Below are positions 40,001 to 55,000 of a stretch of DNA of 64,000 nucleotides, one piece after another. A model generated the notes under the pieces. That model was not told the origin of the DNA. It ran no database searches and was given only the letters and a program-made list of their open reading frames with translations. This stretch comes from Balanoglossus misakiensis (lineage: Eukaryota; Animalia; Hemichordata), in NCBI GenBank assembly GCA_040954595.2, contig CM082578.2, positions 10,857,166 to 10,921,165 of the forward strand, read 5' to 3'. The stretch's first letter is position 1; each line of letters starts with the position of its first letter. The position numbers were made by a program, and so were the translations under genes.

Positions 40001-43000
40001 ATTTTTACTGGCTTATAACTTTGTATCAAAAGACATACGTCTCTGAGGTGTTACTTTCAATATACACAAGAAAATGTATCATAAAAATTACCAGAAATTA
40101 TTCTTATCTGGGTGTTACCAGGGTAATGCAGTACCTGTACACGTAATTACCTGCACTTCAGATTAAAGGATGTCACCAGTGTTAAGACACTCCGCCACGA
40201 AAATTGTAAAACTATCATTATCACGCTTAGCAACTTCAATTGAGAATCTGACCTTCTCCCCGTGAAAGCTGTCAAAGCCAATCAGTGCTCAGACAAAAAG
40301 AGTTATCAGCCAACCCCAGCTAGCCCCTTGATAATCTGCCAGCTAGCACCTAATCAAGATGAAAGCCGATCACTTTCTCAAGACTTGTCAAATTCTGAAT
40401 CATTGTGGGTCAACTCCACTAAGGCACGGGAGTTATCAGAGCCAGGGCTGTCATATTGAATTTTATCACGCATCATCGTTCCCTACACTGTCGTGGTGAG
40501 AATTGATAGTACAGTGAAGACTCAACAATATCTCAGGGAAAAACCATGCAGAATACTCAAATCATAATGTGAATTCCATCAGTTAAGGTATACAGTCATC
40601 TCTAATTTACATATGCCTATACATGGTCAAAGGGGAGTTACTATTTATATCTTTGAATGACCCTGTCTGGTGGCTTTTTCATTCATTCATTCATTCATTC
40701 ATTCATTCATTCATTCATTCATTCATTCATTCCATTGAAAATTCTGACCTAATTTAAGCACTTTACCTACTTGCAAAGTGAGGCAGCAGCAGACAACACA
40801 ATGCACCAACACATCTAATATTTATCGCGACCATAACTCAACACATACATTTCAAGTTTCAAAGAGGATTCAGGCATCGTAAAGTTTTATGACTGGCAAT
40901 TCGAAGTGATAATAATCACACAGATGATGAGTCCCTGCTATGAACTCACGGGCAAACACTGTCCATTAGAGATTACTGCATAAATTTATTAACCCCATGG
41001 TACCCCTAGTTCTTCTGTCAATTCCCTGCAAATTTATGTTTATTCATACATTCACCATGGTCACCCCCTGTTTACTTTATTTGTCTCAGAACTCTCAGTC
41101 CGGGACCTACATTTCATCTGCAAGGTATCTGTTTTCGATGAAACAAGACCAGACAGGTGCATTCTGGAGATAACATTTTTCACCTGATGTTTTGATGTCG
41201 AAAGTAGACTGTCAAATTTTGTTGGATTTTGGTCCAATAAATGAGAGAGTGGCTGAATATATAAAAGTGTTTCTGAACTGATGATGAATTTTCAACAGAG
41301 CAGTGGTTTGACCTGATCCACAGAGGGCGCTTTACATCTTTCTTCACAACAGTCCTGGCTGGGGCGATTGAAACATAGAATCTCTGTGATTTGAAACAAC
41401 TTTTGCGTTGATGTGACATGTTGTGTGACTTTTATTTCTCCTCATCAAAGCAGTGATTATGCCACCATGGCACGTCAAAGTGAAGTGTATTAGGTGGTGA
41501 CAGAACACAGCAAAAAGCTGGCTGGCTTGTTATTTTGCGAGAGAAAGGAACAGGGTACAGCCCTATTGATCCAGTCATTAAAAGCAACCCAGTAGCCCGA
41601 GGACTGTATATACACAGAGTGAATCGATGAAATGACAGAAAAGGGGGACACCAGGAGCATGTGCAGGGTTGAGGCTTAACAAATATCCCACCAAATGGAC
41701 TACTAATGAGCCTCGGCCATTTTTGCTTTCCCTCTGACCGAAAACCCAGGGTCTGCACAGAGGCAATGAGAGAGAGAGAGAACGACTGGAGCTGCAGGCT
41801 ACTCGAAAGACTACTTGAAGACTACAGGGCCTCGGCGTATTACATGTCAGCTGCTAATGAATTCACCTTCATGAACCACGTCTTCACACTTGTTTCTATT
41901 AAGATTCAATTCTCCTGACATCACGCGACACCAATCGCTCGCTCCCTCGACATCCACACTGACAAGTTAGTCAGGTTGCCATGGTGTCCACCCACCCACC
42001 GACCCTCGCGATTCAAACGCCGGCCGACAGACCCGCCTGCGTTCTCTCATCTCCTGCGTCTCTCAGAGTGCAGCGTCCCATTTACATCTCGCAGTGATGC
42101 ATTGTTTTCATTATGATCCTCAGCGACTCTTTCGGGAGAACTCATCAGCCATCTTAATGGGACCTGACACGCGTAACTAAAGATTCATTTCTCATCGGGC
42201 TCCGACGAGACCCCAGATGATGAAAAAAAAGGCGCAAATTAAGAATTACACAACCACCGCAGGCTGCATTCAGTCAGAGGGCTCATCAGCAGAAACAAGT
42301 AGCTTCTAGATCAATCTTGGAAACAAGACCTGAATCAACTTGATTATGAATAGACTTTACTTTCACTCAAAACATTTCGTTAAATTTTATTGTCTGATCT
42401 AATCAGAACATGGCAAGGCTCGTGTTATTTCACAGTCAGCCACTTTCATCCACAAGAAATAGTTACACAAAACTTCAAATGGAGAGCAGAGCATCGAACT
42501 GCAACAATAAATGTGGATGTATCAGAGATGGCTGTCCGGGAATATAATATTTCAGATTTCCAATACCGCTATGCAAATGGAGAGAGTGTCTGAATTCGAT
42601 GCCTGCGCACACATAAGGTCACGCAATTATCCCCGACTCTCGCGGTACGTTTTCCTGTTTTGACATTTTTTTTTTGCATTTTTCATGAGGCAGCATAAAA
42701 CAACATGTTTATGGAATGCTGCTGAGTGTGACCGTGCGTACAAAACAGACCTGCTTGTCGGGATTTTGCACAAAGCCTGCATATTCAGTAACATTAGTGT
42801 AATTTTAAAAAACATTTCGGGAAAATAACCAAGCTTCCTGCCTGCCTGACAGATCACCTAGACTTTAACCAGTCGTTTAAATTCTCTTTTCGATAATCAA
42901 TGCACCCCTGCGAGGTCGCATCCCCGTGTGACCTCTGACACTGACATACGTGGAAGTGATCTGCAGTTGATGCAAACATCACTGGATGGCGCCAGAATCA

Positions 43001-46000
43001 AACAAGGCAAATCCAAGCTGACATTCCGCAGGGGGGGTAGACACTATCCCTTCACTAATTGAGAAGATTACGATCACGCATACACTTCAATTCGTGTTGT
43101 GTTTCCTACTCAACATACATGTACCCCCAGAAACTCTCTCTCTCTCTCTCTCCCTGAGAAGCCTGACATTGCTCTGCTCATTTGATAATTCAAAAGCGTC
43201 CCCGCATTTGTTACTGATCAGTGAACTTGACAAAGAAATCAAAGGTTGCTTGATCATGTTTTCGAGCAACCGACACGCTGACTATCGATCGCGCGGCCTG
43301 TCACTCCCCCCGGGCGGCACTGACGATTTTTTTTTATGATTCTCCACCGCCTCCCGTCTTGACAGCCCGCAATATCGAAGTCGTTAAGGTTCAACGCTAA
43401 TGCTCAAGAACGCTTGACGACTTTCGCATCAACGGGAAGGCTGCGCTCATTTTCTCGAACGGGTCAGAAGAACACAGAGTAATTATTTCTTAGACTGCAT
43501 TACTTGGCAGATCAAAGCAGCAGATACCGATATATCGCCGCTGGGTCATTGCGGTTGACTGCGGAAAAAAAGCAGCGCGGCCGTCGCAGTTCGTCTCGGC
43601 GGCGCTTCCCGTATCTCTCGCGCAAATCTCGGAGTACATTCCAACATTCGTATGCTAGTTGAAATGGGGAACACAACAAGTTGACTGAATTCTATAGTCT
43701 TGGGGGCTTGTGTCTGATTCATGGTGACTCACAGCTCTAGCTTATGGCTGTAATTTTATAGGCATGGTGTCACGCCAAGCAAGCATAATCAAGATTAATG
43801 TTTTCTTTCTTTGCTTTGATAAAATGGCGAATTTAAGAAAAGTCATCCTTTTTACCTACAATTTCACATGGCCAACCTATTTGCCTCACAATAAAAAAAA
43901 ACAGAAATTAGTTGCAGTTCATTTTTCTTCCATTAGGAAGATAAATCTTTTACTACGAAACAAGATGTGACTTTTATTATTAATGCACAAGAACAAGAGG
44001 CCATTTAATTTTAATAATAGAAATCTTTCCATAAGCATATTCAACTTGCACACACTACAAGACACAGCCTTAGCTGGCTGATGGAACCACAATGCCTGGC
44101 CGGCAGCTTGAATACTGCATTCTGCAAAGTACAACACATGTCGGCATATTCATATCCACATTTAACGGGCTGCGGGGCAATATACTTAAAATTTAATGAA
44201 GAAAAATTAAGCGCGGATAAGCATCCCAAAGATGCCCGGCGGTTACCCGGCTACTTAGTATCGCGATGTTCTAATACTGCCCCTAATCCCTATTCAGGTA
44301 ATTTAGCAAAGCAGCAGATACGATCTTCCGCTCATGACTGAACTTTGAGGGGGAAAAATGCTGCGTGTAAATCTGTTCCCCGGTGTATCGAACACTGCCT
44401 GCATTTATCTGCCTTTTTAAGCATTTAATACATCTGGCGATCTTCTACCAGTATTATGACAGGAACTGGGCTGTCTACACAATAGACAATTTCATCCCTG
44501 TTCCCGTCTGTAGAGGGCCAACTTTACAATAGAAAACAATGGATTTGGATCAAACCATGGCGATCAATGGGTGAACATTTAATACACCTTCAAAGTGCAG
44601 TAGACATGGAGTGGTAGTGTAATCCAATACGGTATTTTGAAATGGAGATGCAAAATGATGATTAATATCTAAATGCACTCATTTTCATACGTAGCAAATA
44701 AATTACACAAAGTAATAGAAATGGTCACAAACCATTAGCTACAATTACTGGTAATCAACTGTCATTAGATGTCACACAATCCTGTATCATCATTGCTATT
44801 ATTTTTTTTTTCAAAGTCCTATATGACTGTAATGGCAATGCACTGGTACTCACTGTATATGCTCTGACGTGAACATATGTGCACACAGATGCCAACAGAA
44901 ATGAATCCCATATTTATGTATGCCCAGTGACGATGAAAATGGAACAAAAGCACCCGAAAAAAGTGAGAGTCTTTCCTGATTCTGAACAGAAGAATCAACG
45001 GACATAAAAGCAGTATTGTGTGCCCATGTTTGCTTTCATTACGTCATTCATTTCTGATATTTTTTTGCAATTATATTCAGGCAGTAAAGCAATTTTTTAT
45101 TTTCCAACAGAAAAGCCTCCCTTTTCATCCACACTGAAGCGAAGACAAAAGAATTCCTACTTCATCAAAATCTAACGACAAAAGACTCAATAAATTCACT
45201 CCCTCTACCTTTTATTTTCGGACTGGTGTCTATCCAAACTTAACTATCCACTGCATGGCTAGTCTCGGCACTTTGATGATAAATTTAATATCACCATTTC
45301 CCCATTTATCTCCATTTTAATTAATTATTCATGCTTACATCTACTTTTCTACGGAAATGTTTTCCGGTCAGAAAAGTTGGGACAATGGTTGCTGCTTTCC
45401 TATTTCTACAATCCAAACCTAGTCTTTCAAATTATAATCATATTGACGTTGCATTCTAAAAAAATTGACTCTGAAAAAAAGTAGGATTCGTGTCAATAAA
45501 ATACATTTGCCATGATTAGTTTCAGAGTCGCTTCATAAAAATTGTAAAAGAAATTCTGCTCAGAGTCATGTTTTTTATGATAGTAGAACATTTATCAATG
45601 TTCACGCAATCTCCATCAATTTTTCAGAAATATTAATATGTCACATCCTCATGTGGCCATGTCCACTATCTGGAATGACAAAACCACAGACTTTCAGCTC
45701 ATCAAATAATCATTATTTTCCCCTGCAGCATAATAATTTGCCCGAACTGGGGTGATCTTTGCACAATACTCAAACAGAAATACTCTGCAGTATATGTACA
45801 CCCACAAGTTGTGTTTCTGTGTGGGTGGACCTATTTACTGGGAAATGGGGATGAAAGGGAAAGATTTACGAAGCCACCACCTTTAGAGAAGGTATCAACC
45901 ATCCTGTCTCCTGCTAACAGTAACACCTCCTTTAAGAATCACGTCACCCTGAGTTCAAACCCATGTCAAGGATGGAATATTTTTCAGTTTCTTGTTCCAT

Positions 46001-49000
46001 CTGTTAATTATATTTTTTTTAAATTTTTGATGTCAATCTGAAACACATACAACAAGCCAGACTCCATATCAACAGCGATTCCCCCTGCAGTGGCAGCCAG
46101 CCCTCCCTGTGACAGGTGACATCGCCTCAGCAAGGGGCTTTCCGCTAATCAGTCCGAAACATCGAAGAATAATTTCCAGCAAAGGTGACACGTTTTATAC
46201 AACATGAGCAAATCATCTCCACAATGTTTTCACCAAAGCAACCTACAAAGTTGCAAACAGTAGTATCAAAACTGGATTTCATGCGATCATTAGAAACTAA
46301 ACAGGCACACTGATCAGCGTTCGATTGATGACAATTGCCACTTCCGTCTTCTTCTGCTGCGTGACGCACTTCGTAAATCCACTTACCAAAAACACATCGC
46401 CATTTACTTCATTAATTTTACGAGTACACGGGCTACTTTTGGTGCGTCCAATAGCAACGACAATTACCCTAATTACCACTGCTTTCAGTCTGAAGTCAGA
46501 ACATCCAGGCATAATCTGTGACCAGTTGCACGAACACTTGAAAGTCACACAAAACTTCAGTGCAAAGTTTTTTTTCCAAATCATCTCACCCGACTACAAA
46601 ATATACACCATGCGTGGTAACTGCATGCGGCTGAATTTCCGGAATTCTCTGTTTATTAATTACACTGTCACCACAGCCAACCAATGGGCCATGACGTGAT
46701 TATTATATAGTACACGGTGCTGTCTAAAAATGTTGTTCTACATTAATCTGCCCAATACATGTACGTCAGTCACAAATGTGAACATCTGGATGCCACAGTT
46801 GGGGGTAGGGGTGACATGGATGCTTTGAAAGGTCGTGGAGAGGAGGGGGGGGGGAGGTCTAATTACTCCGTGACTTGGAATACAAGCAGGAATAGCGGTG
46901 CACATTGTAGAGCCTGAATGTACCCAAGTGCACAGTTGGCCAGACTGGCCGCCGTATTTGGAGAAATCCCCTGGACTGGTTTGGTGAACCCGGAGAACAC
47001 GACCCAATATTTGATATCTGTGTCTGTGTTTATATGTTCACGAGGTCAGCAGCGGGAGTGAACTGACACTCACTCCTTCTGAATCATCATCCAGAGTTCA
47101 CCAAACATATTGCGAGTCTGTCTATCCTCCCAGGTTGCCATCGGAATTGCAAATATTGATCTCCAAATTTAATTTCCATTTTCTTACTCAAATATCTCCG
47201 AAATACTGTTTGTATTCCGCCGAGATGTTTTTTAACCTCCTACCGGGCGGAGAGTCGACGCACTGGCTGGGAGCCACAAACCTCAGGAAAATTTACACAA
47301 AACCAACAAGGTTTGATAATTTCTTTTTCTGTCATCCCCAGAGAGGACCACTGCATATTTTAATGCCTACTTGTTTCTATAATGAGGGCAACGGGGTCAC
47401 AGACATGAAAGGGAGAATGTAAATTTAGCCAGACTCATCTCTTTTTATAACACAGTGCATCTGTCCGGTTGAACGTTAATGATGCAAAGTAGCAGAGAGT
47501 TCCTTGCAAGACAAGATTTTATCTGCGTTTAAAGATTTTTGTGGGCTGCTTCTTACATGGCTGCATTCACAGCATTTGACATGGCTCAAACCATTCTAGT
47601 ACCAGGTGGTGAATGGGAAATACCATTTCTCCAAGAAGCTAACAACTATGAGACGTCTTTCTTGAAATAGTGCTGCTCATCACCTCCGACTTAAGACCTT
47701 CCTCTGCCGTGACATACTGTCGTTCATAAGCGCCGTTTCAACTCAGACAAATAAATCAACCTTAAAGAGCTGACGGACAGGTTATTGGTGGTACATGCTT
47801 GTAAACAGGGTGGAGGTAATCCCCAACATGTGTTTTTAAAGATGACGTCTGAAGCCTGACCTTTATAGATCCTCTGCATCGTTCAAGTGCTGGCCCAAAA
47901 AGATATGTTCTGAGACAACCCATACAAATCTCACATTGGGAGTGGCCATTTTAGAACAGAGAATAAACTCTTCTAGCTAAATTAGCTACATGTAGAAAAA
48001 CACACTAGCTAAAAGATGGTTCAAAATATTCTAGTTCAATATATAGTAGCTTTAAATATGGCAGGTTAACCTTTACGCTTCTGTACAATGTTCTATGCAT
48101 CAAACCATACTCATGCACAGAATATGGTCGAGTCAAAATGTGCTGATGATGAGAGAGGCAGTTTTGAAATTGGCAAGCAACGTTTGAGTCGATGTCTAGT
48201 CCGATACAACAAACATACCATCTGAAAGGTGTAATTTAAATGAAAATTTAAACAAAGTGATGCATAAAAATTTTAGTCTGATCTCTCTGGCCAGAAGCTG
48301 TGTTTTGTCCTGGTGTCGAACCGAACAAAGAGACTAAGCCCGAGGCTACAGCCAGCAAATTCTTCCATGCGGTACACAGGTATCTACGGACAGCCTGGGT
48401 GATGTATCATCATCATCCAAAGCTGGTTGAAATTTTCATGGAAATGAAAACACTGATGAATGAGCTCGATCCCTCGGTGTTCTCTTCTGTGCAAATCAAC
48501 CAGATGAAACAGATGCTTCACTTGGCGGCAAAAATTCTATTAGGTGTTTCACACTCCACTTCAGAAATTTAATTTTCGAAAATCCCTGCAAGATGTCACC
48601 CAAAACTGGAAAACGTCTTAAACGGTGGTATGATTTCAGCATATCTGTCTCATCCAACCTTGTGCAACCCCTTCATGATTGACACTGCTCCTGAATTCGC
48701 ACACCTTGCTTTAAGCAAAAAAACTTATGAAATTGACTGTATATTTTGAAATTTGAGGAGTGGGAAAATGCATACGGGAATTCCACCTCGAAGATGAGCT
48801 CACCTCGAGTTTCATAAAAAATCACCATTATCAAATTTCACAGTTCTGTCTTTTTAATTCCATGATCTAATTTCTCTAGTGGCAAATGCCTTTTATTCTT
48901 CCTTTGAAAACAATGACTTCATGGACAGACACACCGATGAGAATTCTGAACTTGCACCCAAGCGGCCGACCCAATCACCTTTACTCATTTTTCAATTACG

Positions 49001-52000
49001 AATCTTGTCACAGAATACGCCCTGGCAAATGTGTCTGCCATGATTTCCGTCGAAGAATTTCATTTAATTTCGGTGTTTCTTCAAATTCCCGGAAGAGGAA
49101 GGCAGGATTTGCATACGGACGAGTAGACACAGAATATACATATTACAGAGAAGAAAATACGTAGAGGTATTTAAACCTGGAGTAATCTGCTGAGAGCAAT
49201 GTAGTTGCTGCACACTCAAGACTCCATATTACAGCCACATATTTGTGTAAAACAGCATCAACAAAATTTCTGCACTTTGAATTCAAGAGTCCATCTTTCT
49301 TTCTCAGTTCAATTTTCATCCAGAGCACGACACGGCCGTCTCGCCCTTTGCAAACCTTTAATCCAAATTATTCAACTGAACGCAGTCAGTACAAGTACCC
49401 AGAGGTCACACCGATGTAAAAATACTAGAAAATTACTCAGACAGGGTACTTTGCAAAAGGTCGACAAACAGAGCTTGTCGCGAGTGGCCAACGCCGCTCT
49501 GTCTGCGACCTGCGATGATGAATTCGTCGTCATAGAAACACCGATGTGCCTATCTCCAGAAAAACTGATGGATATTCTTGACAGTTGGATAAACCAGGAA
49601 GGAAGCGAGTGGAGAGCTCTGCCGTGATGTCGGGCGAGGGTATGAGGAATGTAATCTTCCTGTCAAGCCACGGAAAAGTAGAGATCATACATTCTAATGA
49701 GCTGGGAGAAGATTATCGCCCACTCTTTTCCTTGGGATGGGGAAAGCGTTAGCTATTACACACTTGAGGTGGATGTCCCAATCACTGCGTAGAATCATCG
49801 TTACTCATCTCTCCCAAACAGTGAATGTCAATCAGACAAAAGACATTTCGACATAGTAATCTCTTTTAAATATTCAAGATATGGATGGATTCTCGGCAAT
49901 CTCTTCGCACTTCTTTCCCGGCAAGAATGTCATTCAAAGATAACTGAATGGGTTGCGACAGAGCTCTATGCGATTAACTTTTAATAACAACATGAAATTG
50001 ATTTTCTGCGAATGAGGTTTTCAAAAGGGTGCCATTGTTGCCGATACGCATGGCTGCATGACCCGCAGGCATTGAATTTTTTTTCGCCTTCAAAATGGAA
50101 GAGAGCATTATTTGAATTTGTCAGGTGGTGATGAGTTGGAACTACACATTATTTGCAAAGGGGTGGAGTATGTTAATGTATTCGTGTACGATAAAATTGG
50201 CCAGTTTTCTTCCATTACAATATTTGGTTTGAAAAACATATCCAAGATTCTCCATCGAATAGCCAGCCCAGCATGTAATATGCATCATTCACATAAACAA
50301 ACTGACTACAAACATTTTGAAATGACGGCATATTCTGGATTCTATTATCTTTACTGCCGGCAAGCAAATATCCTTGTACAACAATAAAAGCAATTAATCC
50401 CAGAACGAACTTGAATTCACCACAATCCCTCCGGGAAGGGGCATTGACACAGATGACGATTCCCAGCATGCAGCTGAAATTCAAGGTGGTGACACAGAGG
50501 CTCCAAGCGAAGAAAAGTGGCGACACAGTCCCCACCCATGTCAACCCGCTCATCAAGTCTGAATTTTCATTCAGCCACTCGCTTCAGGCACTCAAGGGAG
50601 CCCTGTGCTATGGACATGAACCATTATGACCCAAGGGGTGAACACGGTCTTGGGAATGTGGGGGGGGGGGGGGGGGAGGAGAACGAGAAAATACAGCGCA
50701 CCCCTGTCAGGATGTTACTGAAATGGTTAAAACCATTAATTCGCCTTGGGGGCTGACAAGAGGGAGAGCGAGGCGGCCAAGCAAGGAGTAATTCCGACTT
50801 AATTCCATTCCTATCGCTCCATCAGCGATGCCGGAGATAACTTGTTACATGGGGATGACTAACGCGCCAAGACATAATGCATAAGCATTTCTGATCGATA
50901 TACGCTGAAATCACTTTTTGTCACACCTGAGGACCAACCCACAACCCCCATGGTCGTCTTTCGCCTTTCCCCGTGAAACACAAATCAGATCAAGCAAAGT
51001 CAACCGGAGTGACAATCCAATAAAAACTAAACATAAATCCGGGAGAAATATTACTGTTCTGTATAAATACATTCATTAGAGTGGAGAAGCTAACATCTGT
51101 TGACTGGAAATCTGATCACTGTTCAAAATCTGCGATGTGATTTACGAAGACCCCGGCTAGCTTGAGTTCACCCTTGTCTATTTTTTGACGGACATAAAGT
51201 TGAAATATGTCCTCTCTTCACAAACATATAAATTGGTGCCACTGATGCTGTACACACTACAACATGTCATATTACACGTCCTCAGATAACAAGATGATAA
51301 CTGGATGAAATTTTTCTTTCTGGCATTTGTTTTGTGAAAACATACCAACAGCACACATCTGATTTGTGAATAAACAAAGATTCAACATGGATTCAATTTC
51401 ATGTGAAACTGATACAGATAATATTTTTCTTTTCTGTCTGTCTCCCCTAATTGACATCTTTCTCTTCGTAAAGATTTTTTCTCCGTTTCTCATGTTTTGA
51501 TAAAAAAATACTACAGTCAAAAGAAATTTATATCTATTTTTCTAAACAACTGATTCATCTTGTTGCAGACTAACATTCTTATATTGCTCATAACAGCTTT
51601 TCAACATGCTTTTTGGGCATTGGAACTGTAGTAAAACATTGATGAAATTACATCACCGGTACAATGTTTGTCCCATAAAATTGTGCAATTTCCTTGTATC
51701 ATGGAAAATAATGCGCCCAATGGAATGTACACCGTACTGGTTTATAATGGCGCAGTCTGTTATATTTCTCCAGTCTTTGTATCTTTCATGTTCATGCTGC
51801 ATCCCCATAAAACAAACATTCCCCTTCCTCATTCATATTATATATATTTTGAAATACAATGTATCTTACTAGAATCACAATCTTTCTCTGCTCAAAGAAA
51901 ATTAATTTTTGCATGAGGTCTGGCATTTTTACTGTTTAAAAGGCCTAGAGTGCTCTGCAAACAGTCCAGTGATTGCTACATGCCTGTTTTATACCAGCTA

Positions 52001-55000
52001 ATGGATTTTTTCGTAGATCAATACATCAAAAAAGGCACTTTTTCACTAATTGGTGCAATTTGCGGGGAATGCAGCTTCATTAACTTGAGTGGTGGAAATT
52101 TGCCAAATCAACATTTCTTCAGGAGCCGGTAAACAGAAGAAATCGACCTATTTGATTTACAATATTTTGCTTTTCTTTCAGTGATTTTTAGGGGATTTGT
52201 TCGAAACACTGGAGGGTGCGATGTGTGTACCCAAATGTAATTAGAACCACTGATTCTCAAAACGCATATTGGATAAACTGGTTCCTGATTGGCTGAGCAG
52301 CAACAGCTCTGCTTGAGCCAGCCAATCAGGAAGGCTTTTGCTACTTGACAATGACAGCCATGTCTGCCTTTGGCATATCAATTCAAAGAAGAGTCGGACC
52401 TGTACCGTCTTTATTGCAGCGTAACAGTTGCCTTCCCTCGCAGGAACTAAAACCACTGCCCTGCGTTTTCAAATTCTGCAATTGTTGATCTAGAATTCCT
52501 TTCGGTATCAGTCTTCATTAGCGATTTGTAAATAGCTTCAATTCGCCCCGTGGCTGCTTCTCCCATTTTTTTTCATCCATTTCCCCCTGAATCCTAATAG
52601 GCCGTTGTTCAAATATTACCCTCTAATTGATATCCTCTGTCGGATGCTTTCCAGAGACGAAGTCAATCGACGGAATAAAAATTGAAATTATGTAATGATT
52701 GCCTGCTTTGCATGGCGAGCCTTTGCAGGTTGCCGCCGCAGATAAGGGCAATGGAACTCCGCTTGCTACTAGACCGTTTTCCAACAGAATACCACCAGCT
52801 ATCATCATAATCAAAGCATTCGCCTTTCTATGCAGTAGCCATTTATATTTGCAAGTTACACTACCAGCATGCTTTACAAATGCAACTCAAAACTCTCATG
52901 CAAAAGATACTTTTGCTATCGGATAGAACAGTTTCCTCTGGTATCCAGACAGTAACAGCGGGACATATCGTTTCTGAGAGTCTATGCCAATACCAGTTTC
53001 ATTAACTTTGGTAGATTATGTCCAGACAGGACAGACATGTGAATACAATGTACATGTATTTTACTGCACAAAACAGAGACAATTACAATAAAACATAATG
53101 AATATTGATGTGACTGAGCTATAAACAGAATATGACATAGTCTACGGGTGCCTGGTAGTTAAAATGCTTTCATTAGAAGGGCTAATTCAGTCCCATGGCG
53201 TTTTGTTCCCATTTGAAACCATGCGGAGGTCATCAACACGGGTCGAAACTAGCTCCGTTTCTAACAACAGAGACATTTAGAGCGCAGTTAAATCTCCATT
53301 TGTACCATTGACCTCTAGGAATATTGATAAAATACGCGCTACGTCAACAGGCTTTGAGAGGCCCACGGAACTGCCAGCCTATTACATTTGAGACTCCAAA
53401 TTTGCCTTTGAAATGTGCGAAGTGCTCGTGTAATCAGCAGCAGTAAATCTTCCGTAGAAAATCTGGATTCTGACGTGCCCGTCAAGTGGCATTACTGCCT
53501 CGTCGATGAAAGCGACTATTTTTAACCTGTGATGATTTTAAACCAAGATTTTGCCAATTATCATTTTGCTGAGCACAGTCAAAGGTAGCTTCTTGCTATA
53601 CTAAAAAGGTGATGAGTTCTTGATCGATTCTGCGACATTGGGAGTAATAGCCAAATGGCACATCAATTATCAATGTGTCTGAGAAAAATTTTTTGATTAA
53701 CCTCTCATGTATGGAATATAGGAGACATCTTTCGCCAAATGTCTATTGGTTAAAAGTTTGACATCCCGTCATGTACACACAACACACACACTTGAAAAGG
53801 TTTCGGATGAAAATTGCATTCTGTTGGGTCCCTGGGGAAAATGGAACTTATCAAGAAAAATAATTTAGTCATAAATATTTTTGCGATAGAAAAATGAAAG
53901 CGTATGGAAAGCAGCCTGCAGTGTATGCATGGGGCTTATCTACCGGACTAAAAATCATGAATAAAAAAAAGTTTGCAAATTTATGAGGAGTAAACCCAAT
54001 AATTACTTGTGAAACACAGAGGAAGCTAGTTGCCAACAGGGAAACTGTATATTCGTTAATAACAAGCAGGAAATTAATTCAACTGTTTCATCAATTTAGA
54101 TTGGATACACATGAAATGCTGCGCAGATCAAAGAGAAGCCGGCACAATGATTATCACCCACTGTACAGTCACTTAGTTGTCATAAACTGCCTTTCGGATG
54201 GTTCTCTGTCTTTGCCAAAGGAATGGCTTGCAAATGAACCTTTAATTTTTTTTCACACCCCAGCTGTTGATGATTGCATCTAGGAAAACTGGCCTAGATC
54301 TGGGCTTCCTTTTGTGTGTGTAAAAGATGCACATGTACTGTGTTGAGCTCATTTTCGGCACTGCTGGATGCTGGCATGAGTTCGTACCTCAGAGGAACTG
54401 GGCAGTATTTTAATTCGCAATTTGCACCAAGTGTAACAGTACAACAAATCGAGGCCATGAAATGAGCCGCCCACCCTTTGCCAAAAGAGAACCACCTTCC
54501 ACGAACTGAAACTAAACTCAACGACTCACCAATTTCAATATATACCCTTTCATTATATCCGATTAAAAAAAATGATAAGCAACTGCTCAGCGGACCAAAT
54601 TCTTCCAATGGATTATTAAATTCATTCGCACAATACAGAAGACGTCACTAGCAATCGATGGGGAACTGGAGACTCGGATAGGGCCTTTTTTCATCTCCTT
54701 CCAGTTTTTTGAGTGTGATAAAACGGGGTGGGCAATCACGAAGAAACTTGCTTCTTGAAGTCTGCGATCACAGAATGAATCCAGCCCAAAATCCCCAACT
54801 GAACAACATAATACCCAGATTCAAGAAACGGTTCAGCCACTCAGACGTTTCACGTCGCAGTCATTAAAGGCGGTTTTCGGGGAAGAGATAGATACGGTGA
54901 CAGACTGTCTGAGTGTTGTTTCTCCCAGAAGACCGTTATCTTTTTTTTAAAGTATGATCGACCATCTCGGTATGCTGTAAAAATTCTTTGAGGAATGTGA

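Noticed and set aside
48300-49627. Plus-strand intronic ORFs of 90-140 aa as a nested gene
   Set aside because: No recognisable motifs, no coherent splice structure, near-random composition.
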